From NCBI GenBank assembly GCA_963707915.1, contig OY970178.1, positions 896,001-960,000 on the forward strand: DNA of 64,000 nt, given 5' to 3'. The notes beneath the pieces were generated by a model. That model did no database searches. It was given only the letters and a program-made list of their open reading frames with translations, and was not told where the DNA came from. The DNA comes from Candidatus Eiseniibacteriota bacterium (GTDB lineage Bacteria; Eisenbacteria; RBG-16-71-46). Position 1 is the first letter of the stretch, and every line of letters begins with the position of its first letter. This document shows positions 48,939-58,123 of the stretch, one piece after another. A program made the position numbers and the translations under genes.

Positions 48939-51900
48939 TCAGGCGCCGCGCGCGCCCCCCTGCCATACCCGCGCCACGAGCGCGGCCCCGTCCTCGATGA
49001 GCGTGTAGAGGCAGGGCACCAGCACGAGCGTGAGCACCGTGGACGCCGCCAGGCCGCCCATCACGGTGCGCGCCAGCGGGAAGTAGAGGACCCCGCCCGC
49101 GTTGCTGCTGCCGACCGCCAGCGGCGCCATCCCGAGGACGGTGCACAGCATGGTCATGAGGATCGGGCGCAGCCGGTGCTCCGAGGCCTCGAGGATGGCC
49201 CGCGTCCGCGCCACGCCCGACTGGCGCAACTGGTGGATGTGGTGCACCAGGACGATGCCGTTGTTCACCACGATGCCGACCAGGATCAACAGCCCGATCT
49301 GCGACATCAGGTTGAACGGGCTGCGCGTGAGCAGGCAGGTCGCGGCGATCCCTACGAAGGCGAACGGCAGCGCGAACATGATGGCGAAGGGGTGCAGCAG
49401 CGACTCGAACAGGCCGGCCATGACCAGGTAGACCAGCACCAGCGCCAGCAGCAGGTTCACCAGCATCTCCTGCTGGGTGCGGCTCTCCTCTTCGAAGGCA
49501 TCGCCGAAGGACCAGCTGTATCCGGTCGGGAAGCTCATCGCGTTCATCGTCCGGCTCGCCACCTTGCGCAGCTCGCCGCCACGTTTCGCGTCGTAGTTGG
49601 CCCGCACCGACAGCACCGAGCGCCGTTGCTGGCGCTCGACGCTGGTGGGCGTGCGCACCGTCCGGAAGTCGGCCAGCGCGCCCAGCGGCACGGTGCGCGC
49701 CGCACCGTCCGCCGGGTCCAGCGCCGTGAGCGGCAGGTCCTCCAGCCCGTCGAGGCTGGAACGGTCCTCGCGGCGCAACTGCGCCTGCACCTGGACCTCG
49801 CCCTGGGGGCTGCGGTAGCGCGCCAGCGGGCGGCCCCGGAAGAAGCCGGCCACTGCGGCCCCCACGTCACCGGTCGAGAGGCCGGCCTGCGCCACCCGCT
49901 CCCGGTCCACGACCACCTCGACCTGCTCGCGGCCCTTCTCGCCGCCCACCACGACGTCGGTCAACCCCTCCACGGCGGAGAGCCGGCGCCGCACCTCCTC
50001 GCCCAGCTGCACCAGCCGCGGGCCGGGCTCGCCGTAGAGACGCACCGCCAGCCGGGTCGCCCCGGACTGGCTCTCGTTGTCCTCGAGGCGGAGCGTGAGC
50101 CCGGGCAGCTGCGGCAGCCCCGCGCGCAGGGCCGCGCGCAGGCCCCGCGCGCCCTCGTCGTTCGCCTTCTCGTCCGCGAGGTACGCCCGGGTCGCGGCGT
50201 AGTTGCCGGTGTAGTACGAGTAGACCGACTTCACGTGGAGGGAGTCTCGGCGGGCGTGGACCCAGTCCTCGACGCGCGTGACGTACCGCTCGACCTCCCG
50301 GTGGTTCAGGTTGTCGGCGAACTCGTACTCGATGCTCACCGCCTCGACCTTGTTGCCGGTGAAGGCGCTCTTGTCCACCGGGATGAACATCAGCACGGCG
50401 GCCAGCATCACCGCGCCGGCGATGCCCACCGTGGCCGGCCGGTGCGCGAGCGTCCACCCGAGCACGCGGTCGTAGAGGGCGGCCAGCCGGACGAGCCAGG
50501 CCGACGACGCCCCGACCTCGGCGTTGAGCACCCGCCCCATCGCGAGCGGGATCACGGTCAGCGACAGGAACAGCGAGCAGACCAGCGTGAAGATGATGGT
50601 GCGACCGACCTCCCCCACCCAGATGGTGACCTGCGTGCGCCCCCCCAGCACGAGCGGCAGGAAGACGATGATCGACGTCACGGTGGACGAGACCACGGCC
50701 GGGAGCACCTCGCGGCTGCCCCGGAGCGCGGCGCGCAGGCGCGGGGCCCCGCGCTCCCGGTGCCGCTGGATGCTCTCCAGGATCACCACCGCGTTGTCCA
50801 CCAGCATGCCCACCGCGAGCATCAGCCCCATCATCGAGAGGATGTTGAGCGAGCGCCCGCCGAAGTAGAGCATGGCCATCGCCGCGAGCAGCGCGCAGGG
50901 GATCACCGTCGCCACGACCAGCGTCGTCGTGAGCCGGCGCAGGAAGAAGAACAGCACCAGGATCGCGAGGGCCGCGCCGACCAGTCCCGCGTGCAGGAGG
51001 CCGTCGAGCGAGTTGCGGATCTCCTTGGCCTGGTCGGTGAAGGTCAGGACGCGGATCCCGCGCAGCGCCGGGTCCGACCCGATCTCCCGGAGGACGCGGT
51101 TCGCCCGCTCCGCGACGGTCACGCTGTTGGCGCCCGACTCCTTGACGACGTTGAGCCCGATGGCGCGGCTGCCGTCGAGGTGGCGGCCGTAGTCGAGGTC
51201 GGGCTCGCGCAGCGATACGGTCGCCACGTCCTCCAGCCGCAGGCCCGTGTCGTTCACAGGGTACTCCTCGAACTCCCGCAGGGAGCCGAACTGGTTCACC
51301 ACGCGGAGCGGCATGCTCGCGTCCCGCCGGCGAAGCACGCCCGCGCTCAGGCTGCGACTCGAGGCGTCGAGCCGTTGCAGCAGCCGGGCGGCGTCCACCC
51401 GGTGCCGCTGGAGGTCGGCGAGCCGGAAGTCGATGCGCACCTGGGGCGGGTCCACGCCGTAGAGCTCGACCTTCGCCACCCCGGGCACCCGGCGCAGCGG
51501 ATCCGCGACGTGCCGGTTGAGGAGCTCGTAGTCGTGCGACAGGTCCCGATCGGCGGCGATGCGGCACTCCAGCACCGGGATGTCGGAGGTCCGGAACGAG
51601 TTCACCGTGATGAGATCCACGTCCGGCGGCAGCTGGTCGCGGATGCGCTCGAGCTTCTCGCGCGCTTCCGCGCGGCGCGCGCCCATGTCCTCGCCCCAGT
51701 CGAATTCCACGCTGACGTTCGCCCCGCTCGCGGACGAGCTGGACGAGATGCGTCGCACCCGGCTCAGCGTGGCCAGCGCCTCCTCGGCGGGCCGCGTGAT
51801 CCGCTCCTCCACCTGGGCGGGCAGCGAGTTCGGGTACGGGATGGCGATCTCGAGGACCGGCCGGCTCACGTCGGGCAGGAACGCCAGCGGCACCCGCGGG

Positions 51901-51986
51901 GCCGACAGCGCGCCCAGCACCAGCAGGCACACCACCACCATGCTGGCGGTGACCGGGTTCTTCAGGCTCCAGCGCGGGAGGTTCAC
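48939..51986 (-). CDS. RND efflux permease (AcrB/MdtC family)
   Basis: 12-TM RND layout; GANSV, VGMLVDNAVVILE, FESLLHPF, VNNGIVL, RLRPILMT. Confidence 0.95.
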   Translation of the reverse strand: MNLPRWSLKNPVTASMVVVCLLVLGALSAPRVPLAFLPDVSRPVLEIAIPYPNSLPAQVEERITRPAEEALATLSRVRRISSSSSASGANVSVEFDWGEDMGARRAEAREKLERIRDQLPPDVDLITVNSFRTSDIPVLECRIAADRDLSHDYELLNRHVADPLRRVPGVAKVELYGVDPPQVRIDFRLADLQRHRVDAARLLQRLDASSRSLSAGVLRRRDASMPLRVVNQFGSLREFEEYPVNDTGLRLEDVATVSLREPDLDYGRHLDGSRAIGLNVVKESGANSVTVAERANRVLREIGSDPALRGIRVLTFTDQAKEIRNSLDGLLHAGLVGAALAILVLFFFLRRLTTTLVVATVIPCALLAAMAMLYFGGRSLNILSMMGLMLAVGMLVDNAVVILESIQRHRERGAPRLRAALRGSREVLPAVVSSTVTSIIVFLPLVLGGRTQVTIWVGEVGRTIIFTLVCSLFLSLTVIPLAMGRVLNAEVGASSAWLVRLAALYDRVLGWTLAHRPATVGIAGAVMLAAVLMFIPVDKSAFTGNKVEAVSIEYEFADNLNHREVERYVTRVEDWVHARRDSLHVKSVYSYYTGNYAATRAYLADEKANDEGARGLRAALRAGLPQLPGLTLRLEDNESQSGATRLAVRLYGEPGPRLVQLGEEVRRRLSAVEGLTDVVVGGEKGREQVEVVVDRERVAQAGLSTGDVGAAVAGFFRGRPLARYRSPQGEVQVQAQLRREDRSSLDGLEDLPLTALDPADGAARTVPLGALADFRTVRTPTSVERQQRRSVLSVRANYDAKRGGELRKVASRTMNAMSFPTGYSWSFGDAFEEESRTQQEMLVNLLLALVLVYLVMAGLFESLLHPFAIMFALPFAFVGIAATCLLTRSPFNLMSQIGLLILVGIVVNNGIVLVHHIHQLRQSGVARTRAILEASEHRLRPILMTMLCTVLGMAPLAVGSSNAGGVLYFPLARTVMGGLAASTVLTLVLVPCLYTLIEDGAALVARVWQGGARGA

Positions 51987-51993
51987 GGCCCGC

Positions 51994-54900
51994 TCAGCGG
52001 CTGCGGTCCAGCGTCGCGTAGACCACCGGCAGCACGATGAGCGTGAGCAGCGTCGCGCTCGTCAGGCCGCCCATCAGGGTGAGCGCCAGCGGCGCGCGCA
52101 TCTCGGCGCCCTCGCCGATGCCCAGCGACATCGGCAGCAGCCCGAGCACCGTCACGAGCGCGGTCATGAGGATGGGGCGCATCCGCACCTGGCCCGCCTG
52201 GATCAGCGCCTCGATCTTCGGCACGCCGCGCGCGCGCAGCTGGTTCGCGTAGTCGACCAGCACGATGCCGTTGTTGGTCACGATCCCCGCCAGCACGATC
52301 AGGCCGATGAGCACCATCACGCTGACCGGAGTGCCGGTGAGCAGCAGCGTGACCACCACGCCGGCCACTGCCATCGGCATGGTGAACATGATCACGAACG
52401 GGTGGAGCAGCGACTCGAACTGGCTGGCCATCACCAGGTAGACCAGGAACACCGCGAGCAGCAGGGCCAGCCGCATCGAGGCGAACGACTCCGCCAGCTC
52501 CCGGTTCTGCCCGGCGATCGTCACCTTCGCGCCCGGCGGGACCTGCAGGTCGCGGAGCGAGCGCTCGATGTCGGCAGCGGCCGACGCCAGGTCGCGGCCC
52601 ACGAGGTTGCCGGACACCAGCGCCGCCCGCTGCTGCGAGATCCGGCGGATCTCGCTGGGCCCCCTCGCCACCGATACGCGGGCGACCGCGCCCAGCGGCA
52701 CGGTCCGCCCCTGGTTGCGGCCCACCTGGAGGTTCGCGAGCTCGGCCACCGCCGAGCGCTCGTCCTCGCGGGCGCGCACCCGCACTTCCAGCTTGCGGTC
52801 CAGGTCGCTGAACTGCGTGGACGGGTCGCCCTGCACGGCGCTGCGCACCTGGCGCGACGCCGCCGCCGGGTCGAGGCCCATGGCGGCCAACTGGTCGCGG
52901 TCGAACGCGATCTGCACTTCCGGGTCCCCGAGCCGCATGGACGACTCCACGTCCCGGATCCCCGGGAGCCGCGCGACGCGCCGCGCCACCTCGCCCGACA
53001 GCGTGCGCAGCGTGTCGAGATCGTAGGCGTAGATCTCGACCTCGACCGGGTTCTTGAACGTGAACAGCGCGGGCCGGCCGAACTCGTAGGCCAGCCCGGG
53101 GGTGCCGTTCATGGCGTCGCGCAACCGGGCGGCGACCGCCGCCTCCGCGCGGCCGTCGGTGGCGCTCTTCAGGGCGACCGCGACCTGGCCACGGTTGGCC
53201 TCGCGGGCCGAACCCGCGAACGCGCTCAGGTCGGTCTGGCCGGCGCTGGTGTAGACGAACCGCACGCGCGGGTCGCCCCTCACCGCGCGCGCGATGCGCT
53301 CGAGCGTGGTATCCGTCACCGGCAGCGACGTGCCCTCGGCCAGCCGCACGTTGAAGTAGAACTGCCCCTGCGTGACGGCCGGGAACAGGTTGCGCGGGAG
53401 CAGCAGCCCGAGCGCGAGCGTGACCGCGAGGCCGCCGGCCGAGAACGCGAGCACGCGGCCGGGATGCTCGAGCGCGCGGCGCGCGACGACCGGGTAGCCG
53501 CGCTCGATCCAGGCGTAGCCGGCGTCGAACGGCCGCAGCAGCCATTCCACCGCCGGCCGGACCCACCGCCCGGCCCGGCCCGCGCCCCGCACCAGCGTGC
53601 GGGGCAGGAAGAGCAGCGCGAAGGCGACCCCGCGCATCGCTCCCAGCCAGCGGCCACCGCGGGCGGCCGGGGCCGCAGCCGGCACCGGCGCGGCGCTCCC
53701 GGCTCCGCGGCCGCTCAGTGCCGAGAGCGTCGGCACCAGCGTCAGCGCCACCGCCAGCGAGCCCAGCATCGAGAACGTCACGGTGAGCGCCTGGTCGCGG
53801 ATGAGCTGGCCCGCGAGTCCCTCGACGAAGACCAGCGGCAGGAACACGGCGACCGTGGTGAGCGTGGATGCCACCACCGCGCGGGACACCGTGGCGGCGC
53901 CCTGCGCGGCGGCCTCGCGCGGCGCGAGGCCTTCCTGGCGCTTGCGGAAGATGCTCTCCAGCACGACGATCGAGTCGTCCAGCAGCCGGCCCACCGCGAG
54001 CGCCAGGCCCCCCAGCGACATGATGTTCAACGAGAGCCCGAGGCGGTACATGAAGATGAAGGTCGCGAACACCGAGACCGGGATCGAGAGCGCGACGACC
54101 AGCGTGGTGCGGAGCTGCCGCAGGAAGGCGAACAGCACCAGCACCGCGAGCAGGGCGCCCTCCCAGGCCGAGCCGGTGACCTCGTCGACGGCGTTCTGGA
54201 TGAACCGCGACTGGTCCGCGACGGTCACGAGCTTCATCTCGGGCGGCAGCTCGAGGCGCGCGAGCCGCCGCTGGACCGCGGCCGCCACGGCGACCGTGTT
54301 CGCGTCGCCCTCCTTGTAGACCGAGAGCTCGACCGCCTCCTGCCCCCCGAGCCGGACGATCACTTCGCGGTCCCGGCCCCCGCGGCTCACGGTGGCCACG
54401 TCGGCCACGCGCACCACGCCCGCCACCGCGCCCGCCGCCGACGCCGACGCCGGAGCCCGGCGCACCGCCAGGACGACCTCGCCGATCTGCTCGGGGCTCT
54501 TGAACTCGTTGGTGGCGCGGATCAGGTACTCGGCCTGGCCCTCGGTGAGCGAGCCGCCGGCGAGGTTGACGTTCTCGTCGGCGAGCCGTCGCGTGACGTC
54601 CGCCAGCGAGAGGCCCAGGGCGGCGAGCCGCTCGGAGTCCACGTCGACCCGGATCTCCTCCTCCACGCCGCCCACCACCTTGACCGCCGCCACGCCCGCC
54701 GCGCCCTCGAGGTCGGTCTTCACGGTGCGCTCGGCGATGCGGCGCAGCCGCTGCAGGTTGCCTCCCCCGGAGAGGCGCAGCCGCAGGATCGGGTCGAGCG
54801 AGGGGTCGAAGCGGAGGATGGCCGGGCGCTTCGCCTCGCGCGGCAGCGTCACCAGATCGAGCTTCTCGCGCACCGAGAGCGACGCCAGGTCCATGCGCGT

Positions 54901-55194
54901 GCCGGTGGAGAACTCGAGCGTGACCTCCGACTGGCCCGGCCGCGACACCGAGTGGAGCCGCACCAGGCCGGCCACCACGCCCACGGCCTCCTCGACCGGG
55001 CGGGTGACGAACTGCTCGACGTCGCCCGGGGCGGCGTCCGGCAGGTCGGTGCGGACGGTCAGGGTGGGATAGGAGATGTTCGGGAGCAAGTCCACCGGGA
55101 GGCGCGAGCCCGCCACCAGGCCGAAGAGGACCACGCCGACCACGGCCATGAGGACCGTGACCGGCCTGCGGATCGACCCGTCCGTGAGACGCAT
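51994..55194 (-). CDS. RND efflux permease (AcrB/MdtB family)
   Basis: RRPVTV, LPVDLLP, DANTV, LLDDSIVVLE, STLTTVAVFLP, QFESLLHPF, RMRPILMT. Confidence 0.95.
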   Translation of the reverse strand: MRLTDGSIRRPVTVLMAVVGVVLFGLVAGSRLPVDLLPNISYPTLTVRTDLPDAAPGDVEQFVTRPVEEAVGVVAGLVRLHSVSRPGQSEVTLEFSTGTRMDLASLSVREKLDLVTLPREAKRPAILRFDPSLDPILRLRLSGGGNLQRLRRIAERTVKTDLEGAAGVAAVKVVGGVEEEIRVDVDSERLAALGLSLADVTRRLADENVNLAGGSLTEGQAEYLIRATNEFKSPEQIGEVVLAVRRAPASASAAGAVAGVVRVADVATVSRGGRDREVIVRLGGQEAVELSVYKEGDANTVAVAAAVQRRLARLELPPEMKLVTVADQSRFIQNAVDEVTGSAWEGALLAVLVLFAFLRQLRTTLVVALSIPVSVFATFIFMYRLGLSLNIMSLGGLALAVGRLLDDSIVVLESIFRKRQEGLAPREAAAQGAATVSRAVVASTLTTVAVFLPLVFVEGLAGQLIRDQALTVTFSMLGSLAVALTLVPTLSALSGRGAGSAAPVPAAAPAARGGRWLGAMRGVAFALLFLPRTLVRGAGRAGRWVRPAVEWLLRPFDAGYAWIERGYPVVARRALEHPGRVLAFSAGGLAVTLALGLLLPRNLFPAVTQGQFYFNVRLAEGTSLPVTDTTLERIARAVRGDPRVRFVYTSAGQTDLSAFAGSAREANRGQVAVALKSATDGRAEAAVAARLRDAMNGTPGLAYEFGRPALFTFKNPVEVEIYAYDLDTLRTLSGEVARRVARLPGIRDVESSMRLGDPEVQIAFDRDQLAAMGLDPAAASRQVRSAVQGDPSTQFSDLDRKLEVRVRAREDERSAVAELANLQVGRNQGRTVPLGAVARVSVARGPSEIRRISQQRAALVSGNLVGRDLASAAADIERSLRDLQVPPGAKVTIAGQNRELAESFASMRLALLLAVFLVYLVMASQFESLLHPFVIMFTMPMAVAGVVVTLLLTGTPVSVMVLIGLIVLAGIVTNNGIVLVDYANQLRARGVPKIEALIQAGQVRMRPILMTALVTVLGLLPMSLGIGEGAEMRAPLALTLMGGLTSATLLTLIVLPVVYATLDRSR

Positions 55195-55204
55195 CGAGGG
55201 TCGC

Positions 55205-56284
55205 CTAGAGCCGGACCGGCCTGATGCGGGCGCCCTGCTTCAGGCCCCCCTGGCCCACGGTGACGACGCGGTCGCCCGCGGCGAGCCCGGCCAGCACCTG
55301 CGCCGTGTCCCCCGAGACCGCCCCGACCCGGACGGACCGGCGCACCACGCTGTCGCCGCTCGCCACGAACACGAAGTCCTCGCCGTCCTCGGAGATCATG
55401 GCGCGCTGCGGGACGAGGACCACGTTCGCGTGGCTCCCGGTGCGCAGCCGCACGCGGACGAAGCTGCCGGGCCGCAGCAGTCCGTGCGGATCCCGCACCT
55501 CGAGCGTCACCTTGAACGTCCCGTTGGCACGGTCCACGACCGGGTTCACGAGCGCCACGCGGGCCTCGAAGCTGTGTCCGGGGAGCGCGTCCAGGGTGAG
55601 GACCGCGCCCTGGCCGGCCCGCACCCGGGCCGCCTCGCGCTCGGGGAAGTAGAGCCGCGCGAGCAGCGGGTTGAACTCCTCGACCCGGAAGCAGTCGCGG
55701 CCGGGCGTGACGGTCTCGCCCACGTTGACCATGCGGGCGGTCACCCGTCCCGCGAAGGGCGCCGTCAGGCGGGTCTGCGAGAGGGCGTACCGGGCCTCGT
55801 CGAGCGCGACCGCCGCGTTCCGCCGGCGCCACTCGAGATCGTCGGTCTCCTTGTCGCTCAGGAACCCCTGCTCGCGCAGCTGCCGGCCCCGCTCGGTCTC
55901 ACGCTCGGCCAGGTGGGCCGCGATCTCGGCGCGCTCGACCGCGAGCCGGGCGGCGGTGTCGTCGATCCGGGCGAGCAGGTCCCCCTTGCGCACCCGGTCG
56001 CCCTCCTCGGCCGCGAGCTCCCTCAACTGGCCCGGCGCGGCCGCCACCAGGGTGGCGCTGCTGCGGGACTCCAGCGTGGCGGTGGTCTCGAGGAACGTGG
56101 TGATGCTGCCGTGCTTCACCTCGGCCAGCTCGACCGGCGCGGCCAGCGCCGCGGCGCTGTCGCCCTTCTTCCTGCCGTTGCCGCGGGCATTCCGGGCCAG
56201 CAGCACCGCACCGACCCCGACACCGACCACGACGATGGCCACGCTCGTCCAGAACACCGTGCGGCGCCAGCGGGGACCAGACAT
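55205..56284 (-). CDS. RND periplasmic adaptor (membrane fusion protein)
   Basis: GGGAGG SD and ATG 56284; TM anchor; EEGDRVRKGDLL, APFAG, PVVDRANGT, LRPGSF, GLAAGDRVV. Confidence 0.93.
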   Translation of the reverse strand: MSGPRWRRTVFWTSVAIVVVGVGVGAVLLARNARGNGRKKGDSAAALAAPVELAEVKHGSITTFLETTATLESRSSATLVAAAPGQLRELAAEEGDRVRKGDLLARIDDTAARLAVERAEIAAHLAERETERGRQLREQGFLSDKETDDLEWRRRNAAVALDEARYALSQTRLTAPFAGRVTARMVNVGETVTPGRDCFRVEEFNPLLARLYFPEREAARVRAGQGAVLTLDALPGHSFEARVALVNPVVDRANGTFKVTLEVRDPHGLLRPGSFVRVRLRTGSHANVVLVPQRAMISEDGEDFVFVASGDSVVRRSVRVGAVSGDTAQVLAGLAAGDRVVTVGQGGLKQGARIRPVRL

Positions 56285-56328
56285 GCCAACCTCCCTCCGG
56301 GGGTTCGAAGCGGGACTCGCCAGGGGGG

Positions 56329-56356
56329 TTACGCAAGCGGGACGCACGAAGTTGCA
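56329..56356 (-). promoter_or_regulatory. ECF-sigma-type promoter upstream of the RND operon
   Basis: The minus strand reads TGCAAC-N17-CGTAA, 45 nt upstream of the MFP start. Confidence 0.55.
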
Positions 56357-56398
56357 GGGCTGCGCCGCGGCAGCGGCGGGCCGACCGCGGGTCCCGCC

Positions 56399-58123
56399 TC
56401 AGCGCGGCGGGGCGACCGGGGCCGCCGCCGAGCCGGCCCGCCGGTCCAACTGCACGATGATCGAATCCAGCCCGTTCATGATCCGGACCGTGGTGGCCAG
56501 CGGATGGCCGGTCGCGCGCGCCCGCGCGACCAGCCGCCGCGCGCCCTCGACGTCGCGCGCCATGAGCTTGGTCGTGGCGGCGAGCACTCCGGTCTCCGGG
56601 TCCGGGACGAGGTCGAAGGCCTGCTCATAGCGGCGAGCCGCCAGGACGGGGTCCTCGTCGTCCATCGCCTGCTGGCCCAGGAACAGGCAGAGCGGGCCGC
56701 GCTGCGGCGGCGGCAGAAGGGGCAGCAGCGCCTCGGCCCGCCGCAGCCCGGTGCGGCGGTCGGCGTGGACCGCGAGCCACGAACCCGCCTGCAGGACGAG
56801 CACCGGCACCAGCACGAGCAACCCCGCGCGCAGGCGCGGCCCGGGGCGCGAGGCCAGCAGCAGCACCGCCCCCACCGTCATCGTCATCCCGGCGGCCACC
56901 CCGAGGTCCCACTCGCGGTAGGCGCCCAGGCCGTTCGCCGCCGACATCTCGAGCCACTGCACCGCCAGCAGCGGCAGCGCCGCCACCGCCAGCAGCCACG
57001 CCCGGGGATCGCGCAGGAAGGCCGGGAGCGCCCGCCCGCCGGCCACGAACGGGGCGGCGAGGGCGAGCGGAGCGACCAGCAGGAGCGCGTTCAGCAGGTC
57101 GGCCGACCGCGCCACGCTCGGCGCGCCGCCGGCCCCCAGCAGCAGCTCGGCGTCGAGCGCGACCTGGGCCGCTCCCCCGCCGACCGACGACCCGAGCCAC
57201 GCCGCGCCCGCGGCCAGCGCGCCGAAGACCAGCAGCCACCGTCGCGCCGCCGGCAGGTCGCCCGGGAGCGAGGGACCGAGCGCGCGCCACAGCAGCACCG
57301 GGGCCAGCACGAGTCCGATGCGATGCGCGAGCAGGACGGCGAGCCAGGCCAGCGCGACGGCGGCGGCCCGACCGCGGGTGCCGAGCGGGGCGAGCAGCGC
57401 GAGCCACCACCACGCCACGGTCACCAGCACCAACCCGGCCACCTCCGCGTAGCCGGCGAAGGACAGGAGGCCACCCGCCAGCGCCAGCGCCGCGAACATC
57501 GCCGGGCGATCGCCGGGCGCCACCCCGAGCCGCGGCAGCAGCCGCGCCAGCGCGGCGAAGAAAGCGAGCGCCAGGAGCACCGAGAGGCAGGCCACCGCGT
57601 CGGCCGCCGTCAGCCCGGCGCGCACCAGCGCCACCGGGATGAGGAGGTCCACCGCGAGGTCCAGCGGGGCGGCGTGGATGCGCCGGGACCACTCGAGGAT
57701 GGAGACGCCCGGCGTCCCCGCCGCGAAGCCCTCCACCGACCGCAGGCGCAGGTCGGTGTCGGCGAGCACGTGCGCCCGCTCGCGCAGCGGGAACGCCAGC
57801 AGCAGGGCGAGGCCGAGCGCCACGGCGAGCCAGGTCCAGCGCCCGCGCGGACGACGCGCGGCCAGCGCCGTCACGGCGGCGACCGCGGCGGCCGCGGCCA
57901 GCAGCCCGATCCGCGTGGCGACCCCGACGCTGCGGAAGCCGTTCAGCGCCCAGCCCCACCCCGCGTCCGCGGGAGCGAGCAGCAGCGCCGCGCCCCAGGC
58001 CAGGGCCAGCCCCAGCGCCGCCACCGGGGCGCGCGCGGCGGCGCCATGCGTCCGCCCGGCGGCCCCGCCGGGTGCCACCCCGCTCGAGCGCGTCTTGCCG
58101 TGCGCCCGGCGCGGCTGGCTCAT
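56399..58123 (-). CDS. polytopic membrane protein, paralog of 39604..41745 (GT-C-like, short TPR-like tail)
   Basis: ATG 58123 overlaps the M2 stop (ATGA). Motifs HVLADTD, FAGYAEVAG, GAYREWDL, YEQAFDLVP. Confidence 0.68.
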   Translation of the reverse strand: MSQPRRAHGKTRSSGVAPGGAAGRTHGAAARAPVAALGLALAWGAALLLAPADAGWGWALNGFRSVGVATRIGLLAAAAAVAAVTALAARRPRGRWTWLAVALGLALLLAFPLRERAHVLADTDLRLRSVEGFAAGTPGVSILEWSRRIHAAPLDLAVDLLIPVALVRAGLTAADAVACLSVLLALAFFAALARLLPRLGVAPGDRPAMFAALALAGGLLSFAGYAEVAGLVLVTVAWWWLALLAPLGTRGRAAAVALAWLAVLLAHRIGLVLAPVLLWRALGPSLPGDLPAARRWLLVFGALAAGAAWLGSSVGGGAAQVALDAELLLGAGGAPSVARSADLLNALLLVAPLALAAPFVAGGRALPAFLRDPRAWLLAVAALPLLAVQWLEMSAANGLGAYREWDLGVAAGMTMTVGAVLLLASRPGPRLRAGLLVLVPVLVLQAGSWLAVHADRRTGLRRAEALLPLLPPPQRGPLCLFLGQQAMDDEDPVLAARRYEQAFDLVPDPETGVLAATTKLMARDVEGARRLVARARATGHPLATTVRIMNGLDSIIVQLDRRAGSAAAPVAPPR

